A program made the position numbers and the translations under genes. From NCBI RefSeq assembly GCF_053078305.1, contig NZ_CP166879.1: 64,000 nucleotides of DNA; one strand, 5' to 3'. Shown one piece after another: positions 1 to 15,350 of this stretch (position 1 is its first letter; every line of letters starts with the position of its first letter). Under the pieces are notes generated by a model. The model ran no database searches, had not been told where the DNA came from, and saw only the letters and a list, made by a program, of their open reading frames with translations.

Positions 1-910
1 CATTGAGGGTAAATGTGTCAGTGATATCAAACTGATCCATGATCAAATGCTCAATGCCACCCTGTATTACTCCGGCTCTGGTGGCCTGGTGATGAACACG
101 ATTTCCTGTGTCGATCTGGCTCTGTGGGATCTGTTCGGCAAAGTGGTCGGGCTTCCGGTTTATAAACTTTTAGGCGGCGCTGTTCGTGATGAGATTCAGT
201 TCTACGCCACAGGTGCGCGTCCGGATCTGGCAAAAGAGATGGGCTTTATCGGTGGCAAAATGCCGACGCACTGGGGGCCACATGATGGCGATGCGGGGAT
301 CCGCAAAGATGCCGCTATGGTCGCGGATATGCGTGAAAAATGCGGTGAGGATTTCTGGTTAATGCTCGACTGCTGGATGAGTCAGGACGTGAACTATGCG
401 ACCAAACTGGCCCACGCTTGCGCGCCCTATAACCTGAAATGGATCGAAGAGTGCCTGCCGCCACAGCAGTATGAAGGTTATCGCGAACTGAAACGCAACG
501 CGCCAGTCGGAATGATGGTCACCAGCGGTGAGCACCACGGCACACTGCAATCTTTTCGTACGCTTTCAGAAACCGGTATCGACATTATGCAGCCGGATGT
601 TGGCTGGTGCGGTGGCTTAACCACGCTGGTGGAAATTGCCGCAATCGCCAAATCCAGGGGGCAACTGGTGGTGCCGCACGGTTCGTCTGTTTACTCCCAC
701 CATGCGGTGATCACCTTCACTAATACGCCATTCAGCGAATTCCTGATGACCAGTCCGGATTGTTCAACGATGCGTCCGCAGTTTGACCCGATTCTGCTCA
801 ATGAGCCGGTTCCGGTGAATGGTCGTATTCATAAATCAGTGCTTGATAAACCCGGTTTTGGCGTCGAACTCAATCGTGACTGCAATTTGAAACGCCCCTA
901 CAGCCACTAA
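1..910 (+). CDS. rhmD: L-rhamnonate dehydratase (enolase superfamily), 5' end lies outside the window
   Basis: Frame is open from position 2 to the stop at 908-910 (ORF track 47..910). Followed by rhmT and rhmA in the order of the rhmRDTA operon. Confidence 0.85.
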   Translation, partial: IEGKCVSDIKLIHDQMLNATLYYSGSGGLVMNTISCVDLALWDLFGKVVGLPVYKLLGGAVRDEIQFYATGARPDLAKEMGFIGGKMPTHWGPHDGDAGIRKDAAMVADMREKCGEDFWLMLDCWMSQDVNYATKLAHACAPYNLKWIEECLPPQQYEGYRELKRNAPVGMMVTSGEHHGTLQSFRTLSETGIDIMQPDVGWCGGLTTLVEIAAIAKSRGQLVVPHGSSVYSHHAVITFTNTPFSEFLMTSPDCSTMRPQFDPILLNEPVPVNGRIHKSVLDKPGFGVELNRDCNLKRPYSH

Positions 911-966
911 TCACTCCGGGCGTTGCTGTGACAACGGTAACGCCCACATATTCTAAGGAGCTTTTT

Positions 967-2256
967 ATGAGCACCGCTTTGCTTGACGCCGTGGTGAAGA
1001 AAAACCGTGTGCGTTTAATTCCGTTTATGTTGGCGCTGTATGTGCTGGCGTTTCTCGACCGTTCGAATATCGGTTTTGCCAAACAGACCTACCAGATTGA
1101 TACCGGGTTGAGTAATGAAGCTTATGCGCTGGGAGCAGGCATTTTCTTTGTGGTATATGCGTTTCTGGGTGTTCCGGCGAATCTTTTGATGCGCAAACTG
1201 GGGGCCAGAACCTGGATTGGTACGACAACACTGCTGTGGGGATTTCTTTCGGCAGCCATGGCATGGGCCGATACTGAAGCGAAATTTCTGATAGTTCGCA
1301 CTCTGCTTGGTGCTGCGGAGGCCGGATTTTTCCTTGGTATGATTTATCTCACCTCGCAATGGTTTCCGCAGCGTAATCGCGCCAGCATTATGGGGCTGTT
1401 CTATATGGGCGCACCGCTGGCGTTAACACTGGGATCACCGCTTTCCGGCGCGCTGCTGGAGATGCATGGATTTATGGGGCATCCCGGCTGGTTCTGGATG
1501 TTTGTGATTGAAGGATTGTTGGCAGTCGGCGCTGGGGTATTCACATTCTTTTGGCTTGATGACACACCGGAGCAGGCACGTTTTCTGAGTAAACAAGAAA
1601 AAACGTTGCTTATCAATCAACTGGCAAGTGAAGAACAACAGAAAGTGACTTCTCGGCTGAGCGATGCGCTGCGTAATGGGCGAGTCTGGCAACTGGCGAT
1701 TATCTACCTGACCATTCAGGTGGCGGTTTACGGATTAATTTTCTTCCTGCCGACCCAGGTTGCGGCATTGCTGGGAACAAAAGTGGGCTTTACAGCGTCG
1801 GTGGTCACCGCCATTCCGTGGGTTGCGGCCTTGTTTGGGACCTGGCTTATTCCGCGCTATTCCGATAAAACCGGCGAACGGCGTAATGTCGCAGCGCTGA
1901 CATTACTGGCGGCGGGCATTGGTATTGGTCTGTCCGGGCTGCTTTCTCCAGTACTGGCGATCGTAGCGCTGTGTGTTGCAGCCATCGGGTTTATTGCCGT
2001 GCAGCCGGTGTTCTGGACGATGCCGACACAACTGCTTTCCGGTACGGCGCTGGCTGCGGGGATTGGTTTTGTAAACCCGTTTGGTGCAGTGGGCGGGTTT
2101 ATTGCCCCGATTCTGCGCGTGAAAGCAGAAACGTTATTTTCCAGCGATGCGGCGGGATTACTGACGCTGGCAGCGGTGGCGGTCATCGGTTCGCTGATTA
2201 TTTTCACTCTGCGTGTAAATCGCACCATTGCGCAGACCGACGTGGCACATCATTAA
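967..2256 (+). CDS. rhmT: MFS transporter for L-rhamnonate (YfaV)
   Basis: ORF 928..2256. ATG at 967 ([12 protein letters not shown]...) is preceded by the RBS taaggag at 954-960. Multi-helix hydrophobic MFS-type protein. Confidence 0.9.
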   Translation: MSTALLDAVVKKNRVRLIPFMLALYVLAFLDRSNIGFAKQTYQIDTGLSNEAYALGAGIFFVVYAFLGVPANLLMRKLGARTWIGTTTLLWGFLSAAMAWADTEAKFLIVRTLLGAAEAGFFLGMIYLTSQWFPQRNRASIMGLFYMGAPLALTLGSPLSGALLEMHGFMGHPGWFWMFVIEGLLAVGAGVFTFFWLDDTPEQARFLSKQEKTLLINQLASEEQQKVTSRLSDALRNGRVWQLAIIYLTIQVAVYGLIFFLPTQVAALLGTKVGFTASVVTAIPWVAALFGTWLIPRYSDKTGERRNVAALTLLAAGIGIGLSGLLSPVLAIVALCVAAIGFIAVQPVFWTMPTQLLSGTALAAGIGFVNPFGAVGGFIAPILRVKAETLFSSDAAGLLTLAAVAVIGSLIIFTLRVNRTIAQTDVAHH

Positions 2257-2273
2257 ATAGGTTAAGGAACACG

Positions 2274-3077
2274 ATGAACGCATTATTAACCAATCCCTTT
2301 AAAGAACGTTTACGCAAGGGCGAAGTGCAAATTGGTCTGTGGTTAAGCTCAACGACTGCCTATATGGCAGAAATTGCCGCTACTTCCGGTTATGACTGGT
2401 TGCTGATTGACGGGGAGCATGCGCCAAACACCATTCAGGATCTTTATCACCAGCTACAGGCGGTAGCCCCCTATGCCAGCCAACCCGTGATCCGTCCGGT
2501 GGAAGGCAGTAAACCGCTGATTAAACAAATCCTGGATATTGGCGCGCAAACTCTACTGATCCCGATGGTCGATACTGCCGATCAGGCACGTCAGGTGGTG
2601 TCTGCCACGCGCTATCCTCCCTACGGTGAGCGTGGTGTCGGGGCCAGTGTGGCACGGGCTGCGCGCTGGGGACGCATTGAGAATTACATGGCGCAAGTTA
2701 ACGATTCACTTTGTCTGTTGGTGCAGGTGGAAAGTAAAACGGCACTGGATAATCTGGACGAAATCCTCGACGTCCAAGGGATTGATGGCGTGTTTATTGG
2801 ACCTGCGGATCTTTCTGCGTCGTTGGGCTACCCGGATAACGCCGGGCACCCGGAAGTGCAGCGAATTATTGAAACCAGTATTCGGCGGATCCGTGCTGCG
2901 GGTAAAGCGGCTGGTTTTCTGGCTGTGGCTCCTGATATGGCGCAGCAATGCCTGGCGTGGGGAGCGAACTTTGTCGCTGTTGGCGTTGACACGATGCTCT
3001 ACAGCGATGCCCTGGATCAACGACTGGCGATGTTTAAATCAGGCAAAAATGGGCCACGCATAAAAGGTAGTTATTGA
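2274..3077 (+). CDS. rhmA: 2-keto-3-deoxy-L-rhamnonate aldolase (HpcH/HpaI aldolase family)
   Basis: ATG at 2274 ([24 protein letters not shown]...) with RBS aaggaa. The longer ORF-track frame from 1971 is an upstream in-frame extension overlapping rhmT. Confidence 0.9.
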   Translation: MNALLTNPFKERLRKGEVQIGLWLSSTTAYMAEIAATSGYDWLLIDGEHAPNTIQDLYHQLQAVAPYASQPVIRPVEGSKPLIKQILDIGAQTLLIPMVDTADQARQVVSATRYPPYGERGVGASVARAARWGRIENYMAQVNDSLCLLVQVESKTALDNLDEILDVQGIDGVFIGPADLSASLGYPDNAGHPEVQRIIETSIRRIRAAGKAAGFLAVAPDMAQQCLAWGANFVAVGVDTMLYSDALDQRLAMFKSGKNGPRIKGSY

Positions 3078-3117
3078 TATCAAAGGCCCATGGGGATCGG
3101 CTGTGGGCCTGTGTTAA

Positions 3118-3342
3118 TTAGTGGTTATTCGCTGCCAAATCGGCTTCGCTTAGCTGGGTGGCCGCGAGCACCTGGTCACGATCAATGCCCTGTTCCAGCA
3201 TGCGCAAAGCAATTTTAATGGCTTGTTCATGCATACCTTCCTGCAAACCTTCTAATTTACCTTGCTGCAAACCTACTAATTTACCTTCTTGCCAGCCAAT
3301 TTGATGTCCTTCCTGCCGTAGCCGTTCAGCAATAGTCATCAA
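3118..3342 (-). CDS. ypaA: Rpn-family C-terminal fragment paralog (YpaA-like)
   Basis: 74-aa ORF nearly identical to the C-terminal ~70 aa of the adjacent rpnB product ([21 protein letters not shown]...), including the 24-nt repeat. Confidence 0.6.
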   Translation of the reverse strand: MMTIAERLRQEGHQIGWQEGKLVGLQQGKLEGLQEGMHEQAIKIALRMLEQGIDRDQVLAATQLSEADLAANNH

Positions 3343-3351
3343 TCTCTCCTT

Positions 3352-4323
3352 TTAATGACAGTTCGGAATATCAGCATCAGTGAGTTGGGTTGCCGCCAGC
3401 ACAATCTCACGTTCAAAGCCCTGCTCCAGCATGCGCAAGGCAATTTTAATGGCTTGCTCATGCATGCCTTCCTGCAAACCTTCTAATTTACCTTTCTGCA
3501 GACCCTCCAATTTACCTTGCTGCAAACCTTCTAATTTACCTTCCTGCCAGCCAATTTGATGCCCTTCCTGCCTCAGCCGTTCAGCAATAGTCATTAATCT
3601 CTCCTTTTGTAGTGGTGAACGTTCGGCAATCTCCTGAATAAAACGGGTGAAACGGGAGGTATCGCCGCATTGCAGCAGATAATTAAACAGTGTTTGTAGC
3701 TGGCTGTCATTAGTGAAGCCTCTAACCAAAAGCGTGGTGATCCTGTCGACCATACCGATTAAATCGCGGTCGCGAATATGCTTTTGAATCAGTTCAAGCA
3801 GAGCTATACGCCGATGTTGCATGATCTCATCGTCAGGTACGATGGTAATATCCACCAACGGAAAAGCTTCGGTGTACAACTGCCGGGCAAGTTGCGGATC
3901 GTCAAACTCATCCAGCCAGTTGAGTGAGTACGGGTAGGGCGAGGTTTCGCCATGATAAAACAGCAACGGCACCACCAGCGGGACTCTGTCATAGCCTTTG
4001 TCCAGGTGACGCTGCATGGCGGCAGTGGCATAGCGCATTAGCCGAAAAGCCATATTCTTTTCTGCAGAGCTTTGATGTTCAATCACGCAGTAGATATAGC
4101 CGTCACCGTCGCTGGTTTCCACGGACCACAAAACATCCGAGTAGTAAGCGCGTAAACTTTTTTCAATAAAACTAGTGGGTTCCAGGCGTAAGGTTTGCAG
4201 GTTGCAAAGCTTGCGCAGTGGTTCTGGTAAATGTATTTCGAGAAAATCCCGTGCGGTTTCGGGTGTGAACATAAAGGTTTTAAATACTGCATCATGCGGG
4301 GAGGAGGTTGTTGATTCGGTCAT
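3352..4323 (-). CDS. rpnB: Rpn (YhgA-like) recombination-promoting nuclease / transposase_31 family protein
   Basis: 323-aa ORF ([17 protein letters not shown]...). Position between rhmA and glpC matches yfaD/rpnB. C-terminal GKLEGLQ repeats. Confidence 0.8.
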   Translation of the reverse strand: MTESTTSSPHDAVFKTFMFTPETARDFLEIHLPEPLRKLCNLQTLRLEPTSFIEKSLRAYYSDVLWSVETSDGDGYIYCVIEHQSSAEKNMAFRLMRYATAAMQRHLDKGYDRVPLVVPLLFYHGETSPYPYSLNWLDEFDDPQLARQLYTEAFPLVDITIVPDDEIMQHRRIALLELIQKHIRDRDLIGMVDRITTLLVRGFTNDSQLQTLFNYLLQCGDTSRFTRFIQEIAERSPLQKERLMTIAERLRQEGHQIGWQEGKLEGLQQGKLEGLQKGKLEGLQEGMHEQAIKIALRMLEQGFEREIVLAATQLTDADIPNCH

Positions 4324-4515
4324 GGTTGTCCGTCACCTGATATTTATGATGACGCGACATTACGGTTATCCCAGGCCTTTGACATCTGCCAGTTTCAGCC
4401 TTTGCGAGACGTTTTCAGAGGAATTTTCACTGCGTTGCAACGCATACATTGGGCACGGAATCGTGTACGCAAAAATGCCCGGTAACCACATGCTTACCGG
4501 GCATCAGAAAGGAGT

Positions 4516-8580
<4,065 letters not shown>

Positions 8581-8852
8581 TGTTATCCCTCTGAAGTTCG
8601 TTTTTTACCATTTAGCCATAGTAAAAACATGAATTGTTTGATTTCGCGCATATTCGCTCATAATTCGAAAGTGAAACGTGATTTCATGCGTCATTTTGAA
8701 CATTCTGTAAATCTTATTTAATAATGTGTGCGGCAATTCACATTTAATTTATGAATGTTTTCTTAACATCGCGGCAACTCAAGAAACGGCAGGTTCTCTC
8801 ACTGAATCAGGCTGTTAATCATAAATAAGACCACGGGCCACGGAGGCTATCA
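8581..8852. promoter_or_regulatory. divergent glpACB / glpTQ control region, AT-rich, with a near-consensus CRP site at 8727-8742 (TGTGC-ggcaat-TCACA)
   Basis: 272-bp AT-rich gap between divergent operons. The CRP-like palindrome is read directly. GlpR operators are expected here from established knowledge but not individually mapped. Confidence 0.6.
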
Positions 8853-10211
8853 ATGTTGAGTATTTTTAAACCAGCGCCACACAAAGCGCGCTTACCTGCC
8901 GCGGAGATCGATCCGACTTATCGTCGATTGCGCTGGCAAATTTTCCTGGGGATATTCTTTGGCTATGCTGCTTACTATTTGGTTCGTAAGAACTTTGCGC
9001 TTGCTATGCCTTATCTGGTTGAGCAGGGATTCTCACGCGGTGATTTAGGTTTTGCCCTTTCGGGGATCTCGATTGCTTATGGATTTTCGAAATTCATCAT
9101 GGGTTCGGTATCGGATCGCTCGAATCCGCGCGTTTTCCTGCCCGCAGGTTTGATTCTGGCGGCGGCAGTGATGTTGTTTATGGGCTTTGTGCCATGGGCG
9201 ACGTCGAGCATTGCGGTGATGTTTGTACTGTTGTTCCTCTGCGGTTGGTTCCAGGGGATGGGGTGGCCGCCGTGTGGTCGTACTATGGTGCACTGGTGGT
9301 CGCAGAAAGAACGTGGCGGCATTGTGTCAGTGTGGAACTGTGCGCACAACGTCGGTGGTGGTATTCCGCCGCTGCTGTTCCTGCTGGGGATGGCCTGGTT
9401 CAATGACTGGCACGCGGCGCTCTATATGCCCGCTTTTTGCGCCATTCTGGTGGCATTATTCGCCTTTGCGATGATGCGCGATACCCCGCAATCCTGTGGC
9501 TTGCCGCCGATCGAAGAGTACAAAAATGATTATCCGGACGACTATAACGAAAAAGCGGAACAGGAGCTGACCGCGAAGCAAATCTTCATGCAGTACGTGC
9601 TGCCGAACAAACTGCTGTGGTACATCGCCATCGCCAACGTGTTCGTTTATCTGCTGCGTTACGGCATCCTCGACTGGTCACCGACTTATCTGAAAGAGGT
9701 TAAGCATTTCGCGCTGGATAAATCCTCCTGGGCCTACTTCTTCTATGAGTATGCGGGTATTCCGGGCACCCTGCTGTGCGGCTGGATGTCGGATAAAGTC
9801 TTCCGTGGCAACCGTGGGGCAACCGGCGTTTTCTTTATGACACTGGTGACCATCGCGACTATCGTTTACTGGATGAACCCGGCAGGTAACCCAACCGTCG
9901 ATATGATTTGTATGATTGTTATCGGCTTCCTGATCTACGGCCCTGTGATGCTGATCGGTCTGCATGCGCTGGAACTGGCACCGAAAAAAGCGGCAGGAAC
10001 GGCAGCGGGCTTTACCGGTCTGTTTGGTTACCTGGGCGGTTCGGTGGCGGCGAGCGCGATTGTTGGCTACACCGTGGACTTCTTCGGCTGGGATGGCGGC
10101 TTTATGGTAATGATTGGCGGCAGCATTCTGGCGGTTATCTTGTTGATTGTTGTGATGATTGGCGAAAAACGTCGCCATCAGGAATTACTGCAAAAACGCA
10201 ACGGAGGCTAA
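8853..10211 (+). CDS. glpT: glycerol-3-phosphate:phosphate antiporter (MFS)
   Basis: 452-aa ORF ([31 protein letters not shown]...). RBS cggagg at 8841-8846. Confidence 0.95.
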   Translation: MLSIFKPAPHKARLPAAEIDPTYRRLRWQIFLGIFFGYAAYYLVRKNFALAMPYLVEQGFSRGDLGFALSGISIAYGFSKFIMGSVSDRSNPRVFLPAGLILAAAVMLFMGFVPWATSSIAVMFVLLFLCGWFQGMGWPPCGRTMVHWWSQKERGGIVSVWNCAHNVGGGIPPLLFLLGMAWFNDWHAALYMPAFCAILVALFAFAMMRDTPQSCGLPPIEEYKNDYPDDYNEKAEQELTAKQIFMQYVLPNKLLWYIAIANVFVYLLRYGILDWSPTYLKEVKHFALDKSSWAYFFYEYAGIPGTLLCGWMSDKVFRGNRGATGVFFMTLVTIATIVYWMNPAGNPTVDMICMIVIGFLIYGPVMLIGLHALELAPKKAAGTAAGFTGLFGYLGGSVAASAIVGYTVDFFGWDGGFMVMIGGSILAVILLIVVMIGEKRRHQELLQKRNGG

Positions 10212-10215
10212 TGGC

Positions 10216-11292
10216 ATGAAATTGACGCTGAAAAACCTTAGCATGGCGATCATGATGAGCACTATAGTCATGGGAAGCAGTGCAATGGCGGCGGACAGCA
10301 ACGAAAAAATAGTCATCGCCCATCGCGGTGCCAGTGGATATTTGCCGGAGCATACGCTGCCAGCAAAAGCGATGGCGTATGCGCAGGGAGCGGATTATCT
10401 GGAACAGGATTTGGTGATGACCAAAGACGACCATCTGGTTGTTCTGCATGACCATTACCTCGATCGTGTTACTGATGTTGCCGATCGTTTCCCGGATCGG
10501 GCGCGCAAAGACGGTCGTTACTACGCGATAGATTTCACGCTGGATGAAATTAAGTCGTTGAAATTTACCGAAGGTTTCGATATTGAAAACGGTAAAAAAG
10601 TGCAGACTTATCCAGGGCGTTTCCCAATGGGTAAGTCCGACTTCCGGGTGCACACATTTGAAGAAGAGATTGAATTTGTTCAGGGGTTAAATCACTCTAC
10701 CGGGAAAAATATCGGTATCTATCCAGAAATCAAAGCGCCGTGGTTCCATCATCAGGAAGGGAAGGATATTGCGGCAAAAACGCTGGAAGTGCTGAAGAAA
10801 TATGGTTACACCGGTAAAGACGATAAAGTTTATTTGCAATGTTTTGATGCTGATGAGCTGAAGCGTATTAAGAATGAGCTGGAACCCAAAATGGGCATGG
10901 ATCTCAATCTGGTACAGCTGATTGCCTATACCGACTGGAATGAAACGCAGCAGAAACAGCCGGACGGAAGCTGGGTTAATTACAACTACGACTGGATGTT
11001 TAAGCCGGGTGCCATGAAACAGGTGGCGGAATATGCAGATGGTATTGGTCCGGATTACCATATGTTGATTGAGGAGACATCGCAGCCGGGTAATATCAAA
11101 CTCACTGGCATGGTGCAAGATGCTCAGCAGAACAAGCTGGTAGTGCATCCTTATACCGTGCGGTCAGATAAACTGCCTGAATACACAACTGATGTGAATC
11201 AGTTATATGATGCTCTGTATAACAAAGCGGGTGTAAATGGGTTGTTTACTGATTTCCCTGATAAAGCGGTTAAATTCCTTAATAAAGAGTAA
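10216..11292 (+). CDS. glpQ: periplasmic glycerophosphodiester phosphodiesterase
   Basis: ORF 10159..11292; start taken at ATG 10216 (MKLTLKNLSMAIMMSTIVMGSSAMA signal peptide, then HRGASGYLPEHT GDPD motif), 4 nt after the glpT stop. Confidence 0.93.
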   Translation: MKLTLKNLSMAIMMSTIVMGSSAMAADSNEKIVIAHRGASGYLPEHTLPAKAMAYAQGADYLEQDLVMTKDDHLVVLHDHYLDRVTDVADRFPDRARKDGRYYAIDFTLDEIKSLKFTEGFDIENGKKVQTYPGRFPMGKSDFRVHTFEEEIEFVQGLNHSTGKNIGIYPEIKAPWFHHQEGKDIAAKTLEVLKKYGYTGKDDKVYLQCFDADELKRIKNELEPKMGMDLNLVQLIAYTDWNETQQKQPDGSWVNYNYDWMFKPGAMKQVAEYADGIGPDYHMLIEETSQPGNIKLTGMVQDAQQNKLVVHPYTVRSDKLPEYTTDVNQLYDALYNKAGVNGLFTDFPDKAVKFLNKE

Positions 11293-11302
11293 TGCTGCTA
11301 CT

Positions 11303-11366
11303 GCAGGATGGCGTTCATGCGCCATCCTCTGCTAAAGCGAAATAATGCTACTACCGGTTATTCTTT
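11303..11366. terminator. two adjacent hairpins downstream of glpQ (AGGATGGCG/CGCCATCCT and ACCGGTTA/TAACCGGT); no strong U-tract
   Basis: Inverted repeats read directly. Position fits a glpTQ transcript end. Confidence 0.4.
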
Positions 11367-11515
11367 TCATTAACCGGTGCGTCCTGTAAAAAAGATGCCA
11401 ACATAATTTTCGTAAAACTCATTCGTTAAAAAAGCTAACACTGGGCATTGTTATTCTTTAAACAGTATGAATAGGTCTCAATAATAAATTGTAATGCAGT
11501 TTATACTGTAAAGTA

Positions 11516-12586
11516 TTATTCTAATTTCGGAAAGGTAAAGAAAATATTAATGTATCTTATTAATTTATCATATTGTTCTTGGGTGAATGCTGTTTGCACA
11601 CCTTCAGGGCAATATTTACCAGTAATAACCAGTTGCCCATTGCTGTGTTGTACCATTAAACCTTCTTTTTCCTTTGGATCTACAAACTTAGAATTATCAA
11701 ATGTGAAGATATTTTTTTCCTGTTTTGAGTAAGCAAAGAAATCTCGTGTATAGCTGAAACTATCATTTATTAATGGTGCTAACTTTTTGTCGGTGATATC
11801 GATAAGCTCACCACTTAATTTATTGATGTATTTCATTTGGTTCAATTTTTTCTGCGCTTGTACAATTTGCTTGTAGGTATTTTTAATTTCCTTAGAAGAA
11901 TTCTTGAATTTATCATAGCGTTCCTCGGAGGATGCGTATTTGTACCATTCTGTATTTTTTCTCAGAATGTAGTAGCAGGTCTGTATATTTTTTTGATCGC
12001 TGTAAAGTTGACTTTTAATACTTTCCTTACTGCTGGTTTTATAAGGTTTATCAGAGCTGTTTATTTTTGAAATGTCTTTTTCTGTCGGTGACTGGACCGT
12101 GTTGTGGATATTTTCTTTTATAACATGTTCATTGATGATGTTAATTGCAGTTTCATATTCATTTAAGTTTATTGTTCTTTGTGAAATAAACCCTTCTTTG
12201 CTTTCGACACTCAAAATACCTTCGTTGTTTTCACCTCGGGTAAAGGTAAGGGTATAGGGTTCATAATCCGCTGCAAATTCATTTTTATACGTTATGACAT
12301 GTTCGACAAAATGTCTTATTGGTACGAAACCATAACTGTGAACGTCAATTTTTTGGGTCTTGATACTATCAATTGCATCTGAGGCTTTCGTGAAAAAAGC
12401 CAATAAATTAGCTATGCTGTCTGTTGAGGTTGATAACCCGTATCTACTTTGAGATATTTTTAGAAACTCATCGCAAAAAAACTCAAGTTTGGCGGTTTGT
12501 TGTGATTCTTTGTAAATTTCTGCTGGTTGCAATTTATTATTTTGTAAAATATTATAGCGAGATAAGTGAATAGATGTATCTGGCAT
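11516..12586 (-). CDS. hypothetical protein, low-GC orphan gene (Lys/Asn/Ser-rich, no recognisable motif)
   Basis: ORF 11516..12622 begins on TTG. ATG at 12586 (MPDTSIHLSRYNILQ...) has an AAGGA RBS 9 nt upstream. Strongly AT-rich codon usage unlike the flanking genes. Confidence 0.55.
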   Translation of the reverse strand: MPDTSIHLSRYNILQNNKLQPAEIYKESQQTAKLEFFCDEFLKISQSRYGLSTSTDSIANLLAFFTKASDAIDSIKTQKIDVHSYGFVPIRHFVEHVITYKNEFAADYEPYTLTFTRGENNEGILSVESKEGFISQRTINLNEYETAINIINEHVIKENIHNTVQSPTEKDISKINSSDKPYKTSSKESIKSQLYSDQKNIQTCYYILRKNTEWYKYASSEERYDKFKNSSKEIKNTYKQIVQAQKKLNQMKYINKLSGELIDITDKKLAPLINDSFSYTRDFFAYSKQEKNIFTFDNSKFVDPKEKEGLMVQHSNGQLVITGKYCPEGVQTAFTQEQYDKLIRYINIFFTFPKLE

Positions 12587-13049
12587 AAATGATTCCTTGT
12601 ATTGTGAGTTAACAAGATACAATTTAATCTTTGCAGAATATATTCACTATCAAATTTAGCTCATTTTATTACGAAGACCTTTACGCATGTTAGAAAGTAT
12701 CATTATTGTTAATAAATACGGTAATAAGTAACAAACAGATATTGATAGCTTCCCTGACAAGTTATTAGGTATCCCACTTGAAGATTGAGAATGGCTCCAG
12801 AGTAAACTGTGTACTGTTCGCCGGAGTGTCATTACTCTCAACAATCGGATTTGACAGTGAGTCGGGCGCTTCATACCGGTTTCTACCTGGAGTCATTGTC
12901 ACTTCTCCCAACTGGATAAATATATCGCCAATTCACAAAGTGGGCCAAAATCAGGTGAAAACGAATTATTACGCCTGGTAAAGGCTATAGTACAACTAAG
13001 TGTGGCGAATCAGGCAGTCTTGCATTTGTCATCAATCTCATGTCTTACA

Positions 13050-13928
13050 TCAAATTTTTCCACTCACCACTAGTTGTTCCGTACACATTTGTAGTAAAAA
13101 CAGTGGACTGCCTTCTACCGGCTTTTCTTTAGCCAGCAACGAAATCTGTCGATAGAAGGTTGGTTCGAGAGGAACGGAACACAATTCATCTGCAATGGTT
13201 TTCAGCGTTAACTCTGGTAATAAGGCGATGCCTAATCCCTGTCGAATAAAACTGATCGCTGTATCCGGGTGATTAAATTCATATTTTATCTGTGGGGTAA
13301 TATTCTTTTCTTTAAATAGTGCCATAATGCTTAATTCATAGCGTCCTTTACTAATGATTAATGGTTCACCCATTAATTCTTCCACTGTAATAGTGCTGTT
13401 TTTTGCCAGAGCATGGTTGGGCGGTAACACTACGGTGAATTTATCCTGATAAATGGGCACGGAGTACATTCCGCTCACCGGAAAATGAACAAAACCGGCA
13501 TCAATGGATTCATTCTGAAGCGAATCAATAATCGCTGTGCTATTTTCCTCAAAAGGAATAATTTTTATATTCGGATGATGAATTTCAAAGTAGCGAATCA
13601 CAACCGGTAAGATACAGGCGCAGACGCTGGGGAAACAACCAAGTCTCAGCGTTCTTTGAGGGTTCTGCTTTTCCTGCTCGGCTATCTCTTTTACTGCGTT
13701 AACTTCCCGATTAATGGCGCGCAGATGTTGCACAATGCGATGACCTGCTGTGGTCAGTTGTATAGCTTTACGGCGATCGCGTAACAGTATATTCACACCA
13801 AGTTCTTGTTCGAGGGCAGCAATTGCCTGACTTACCGCCGACTGCGTCATGAACAATCGCTTGCTGGCTTCAGTAAAGCCACCGTAATCCAGCACGGCGA
13901 GTAAAGAATTTATTTGGGTAAGAGTCAT
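13050..13928 (-). CDS. LysR-family transcriptional regulator (intact)
   Basis: 292 aa. N-terminal HTH (LFMTQSAVSQAIAALEQELGVNILLRDRR) plus LysR substrate-binding domain. Divergent from the MFS gene at 14080. Confidence 0.85.
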   Translation of the reverse strand: MTLTQINSLLAVLDYGGFTEASKRLFMTQSAVSQAIAALEQELGVNILLRDRRKAIQLTTAGHRIVQHLRAINREVNAVKEIAEQEKQNPQRTLRLGCFPSVCACILPVVIRYFEIHHPNIKIIPFEENSTAIIDSLQNESIDAGFVHFPVSGMYSVPIYQDKFTVVLPPNHALAKNSTITVEELMGEPLIISKGRYELSIMALFKEKNITPQIKYEFNHPDTAISFIRQGLGIALLPELTLKTIADELCSVPLEPTFYRQISLLAKEKPVEGSPLFLLQMCTEQLVVSGKI

Positions 13929-14079
13929 TAGAGTTTGCTAATCAATAATATTAAAACGATTAATTTCTCTAATAGCATGCCGCCATTTATACTTCTGTTC
14001 TGCAAAGTACATCACAATTTGACGCAACCGCAGTAACGGGAGTGTTGTCTGCGTGCGTCATCCTGACAGGCGGTAGGGT

Positions 14080-15270
14080 ATGAAAGAGAAGTTATGGACG
14101 AAAGATTTTTGGGCAATCACCATTATTAGCTTTATTATCTTTTTCGTCTTTTATGTGTTGCTGACCTTATTACCTATTTATATCTCCGATCGTCTCCATG
14201 CATCCCCTGATAAAGCTGGTCTGCTGGTGACATTATTTTTAATTGCGGCGATTGTTATTCGACCCTTTGCCGGGCAATGGGTGGGTAAATATTCGAATAA
14301 AACTATTCTGGTGCTCTCTTCTCTGGCCTTTTTGGTGGTCACTGCGCTGTATCCTTTTTGCCACTCAATAGAATCACTGCTTTTTATTAGGGTGCTTCAT
14401 GGTATTACCTTCGGGGTTATCACAACGGTAAAGGGAACGATTTCCGCGCGGCTGATCCCGGCCTCCCGACGTGGGGAGGGCATCAGTTTTTTCTCTCTGG
14501 CAATGGGGCTGGCAATGGTGGTCGGGCCGTGGATTGGCCTGAATATGGCGCGCTGGGAGGCCTTTAATATGGCTTTCTGGTTATGTACTGGCGTTGCGGC
14601 GGTGGGGATTATCCTGTCGCTGATTATGACCGTGCCGCCGGTTATCAGCCATGCCGACGGTTCAAAGCCAAAGATGGGCTTCGCCGCCATGTTCGATCGC
14701 GCGGCGTTGCCATTTGCGATGGTCACCTTTTTTATGACCTTTTCGTATGCCGGGGTTTCTGCTTTTCTGGCGCTTTATGCTCGCGAACTTAACCTGATGT
14801 CGGCGGCCAGTAATTTCCTGCTTTGCTACGCCATCTTCCTGATGATCTGCCGTACCTTTACCGGCAATGTCTGCGACAAAAAAGGACCGAAATATGTGGT
14901 TTACCCTTGCCTTGTGTTCTTTACGGTAGGACTGGTGGTTCTCGGCTACACCCAGGGAAGCATAATGATGGTTGTTTCTGGCGCGTTGATTGGTATCGGG
15001 TATGGTTCCGTGACGCCAGTTTTTCAGACGCAGATTATCAGTTCAGTGGAACCCCATAAAATTGGTGTCGCAAACTCCCTCTTCTTCAATGCGATGGATG
15101 CAGGCCTGGCGCTGGGAGCCTGTGTGATGGGGATGATGGTTGCACATACTGGCTACCGAATGATTTATCTGCTGGGCGCACTATTAGTGGTAGTGGCTGG
15201 TGGAGTCTATGCGCTGCAAATGAAGGGTAAAAGCGGTGTCGTGCTAGTAGTGGCAAAAGAAATTCATTAA
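14080..15270 (+). CDS. MFS transporter (12-TM type)
   Basis: 396-aa highly hydrophobic ORF, divergently paired with the LysR regulator. Confidence 0.85.
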   Translation: MKEKLWTKDFWAITIISFIIFFVFYVLLTLLPIYISDRLHASPDKAGLLVTLFLIAAIVIRPFAGQWVGKYSNKTILVLSSLAFLVVTALYPFCHSIESLLFIRVLHGITFGVITTVKGTISARLIPASRRGEGISFFSLAMGLAMVVGPWIGLNMARWEAFNMAFWLCTGVAAVGIILSLIMTVPPVISHADGSKPKMGFAAMFDRAALPFAMVTFFMTFSYAGVSAFLALYARELNLMSAASNFLLCYAIFLMICRTFTGNVCDKKGPKYVVYPCLVFFTVGLVVLGYTQGSIMMVVSGALIGIGYGSVTPVFQTQIISSVEPHKIGVANSLFFNAMDAGLALGACVMGMMVAHTGYRMIYLLGALLVVVAGGVYALQMKGKSGVVLVVAKEIH

Positions 15271-15350
15271 TACGACACGTTTCATTAAGATTTTTCGCAG
15301 GTAACCACCTATAGTCATTGTCGTTAATAAAAAATGACAGGCGATAGGGT

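Noticed and set aside
1971-2273. 5' extension of the rhmA frame (ORF track start 1971) and the overlapping ORF 2626..3063
   Set aside because: The extension overlaps the rhmT coding sequence; the RBS and conserved N-terminus support ATG 2274. ORF 2626..3063 is an alternative frame inside rhmA.
9045-10653. Antisense and overlapping ORFs within glpT and glpQ (for example 9077..9403 -, 9678..10178 -, 10135..10653 -)
   Set aside because: Located inside well-supported genes on the opposite strand.
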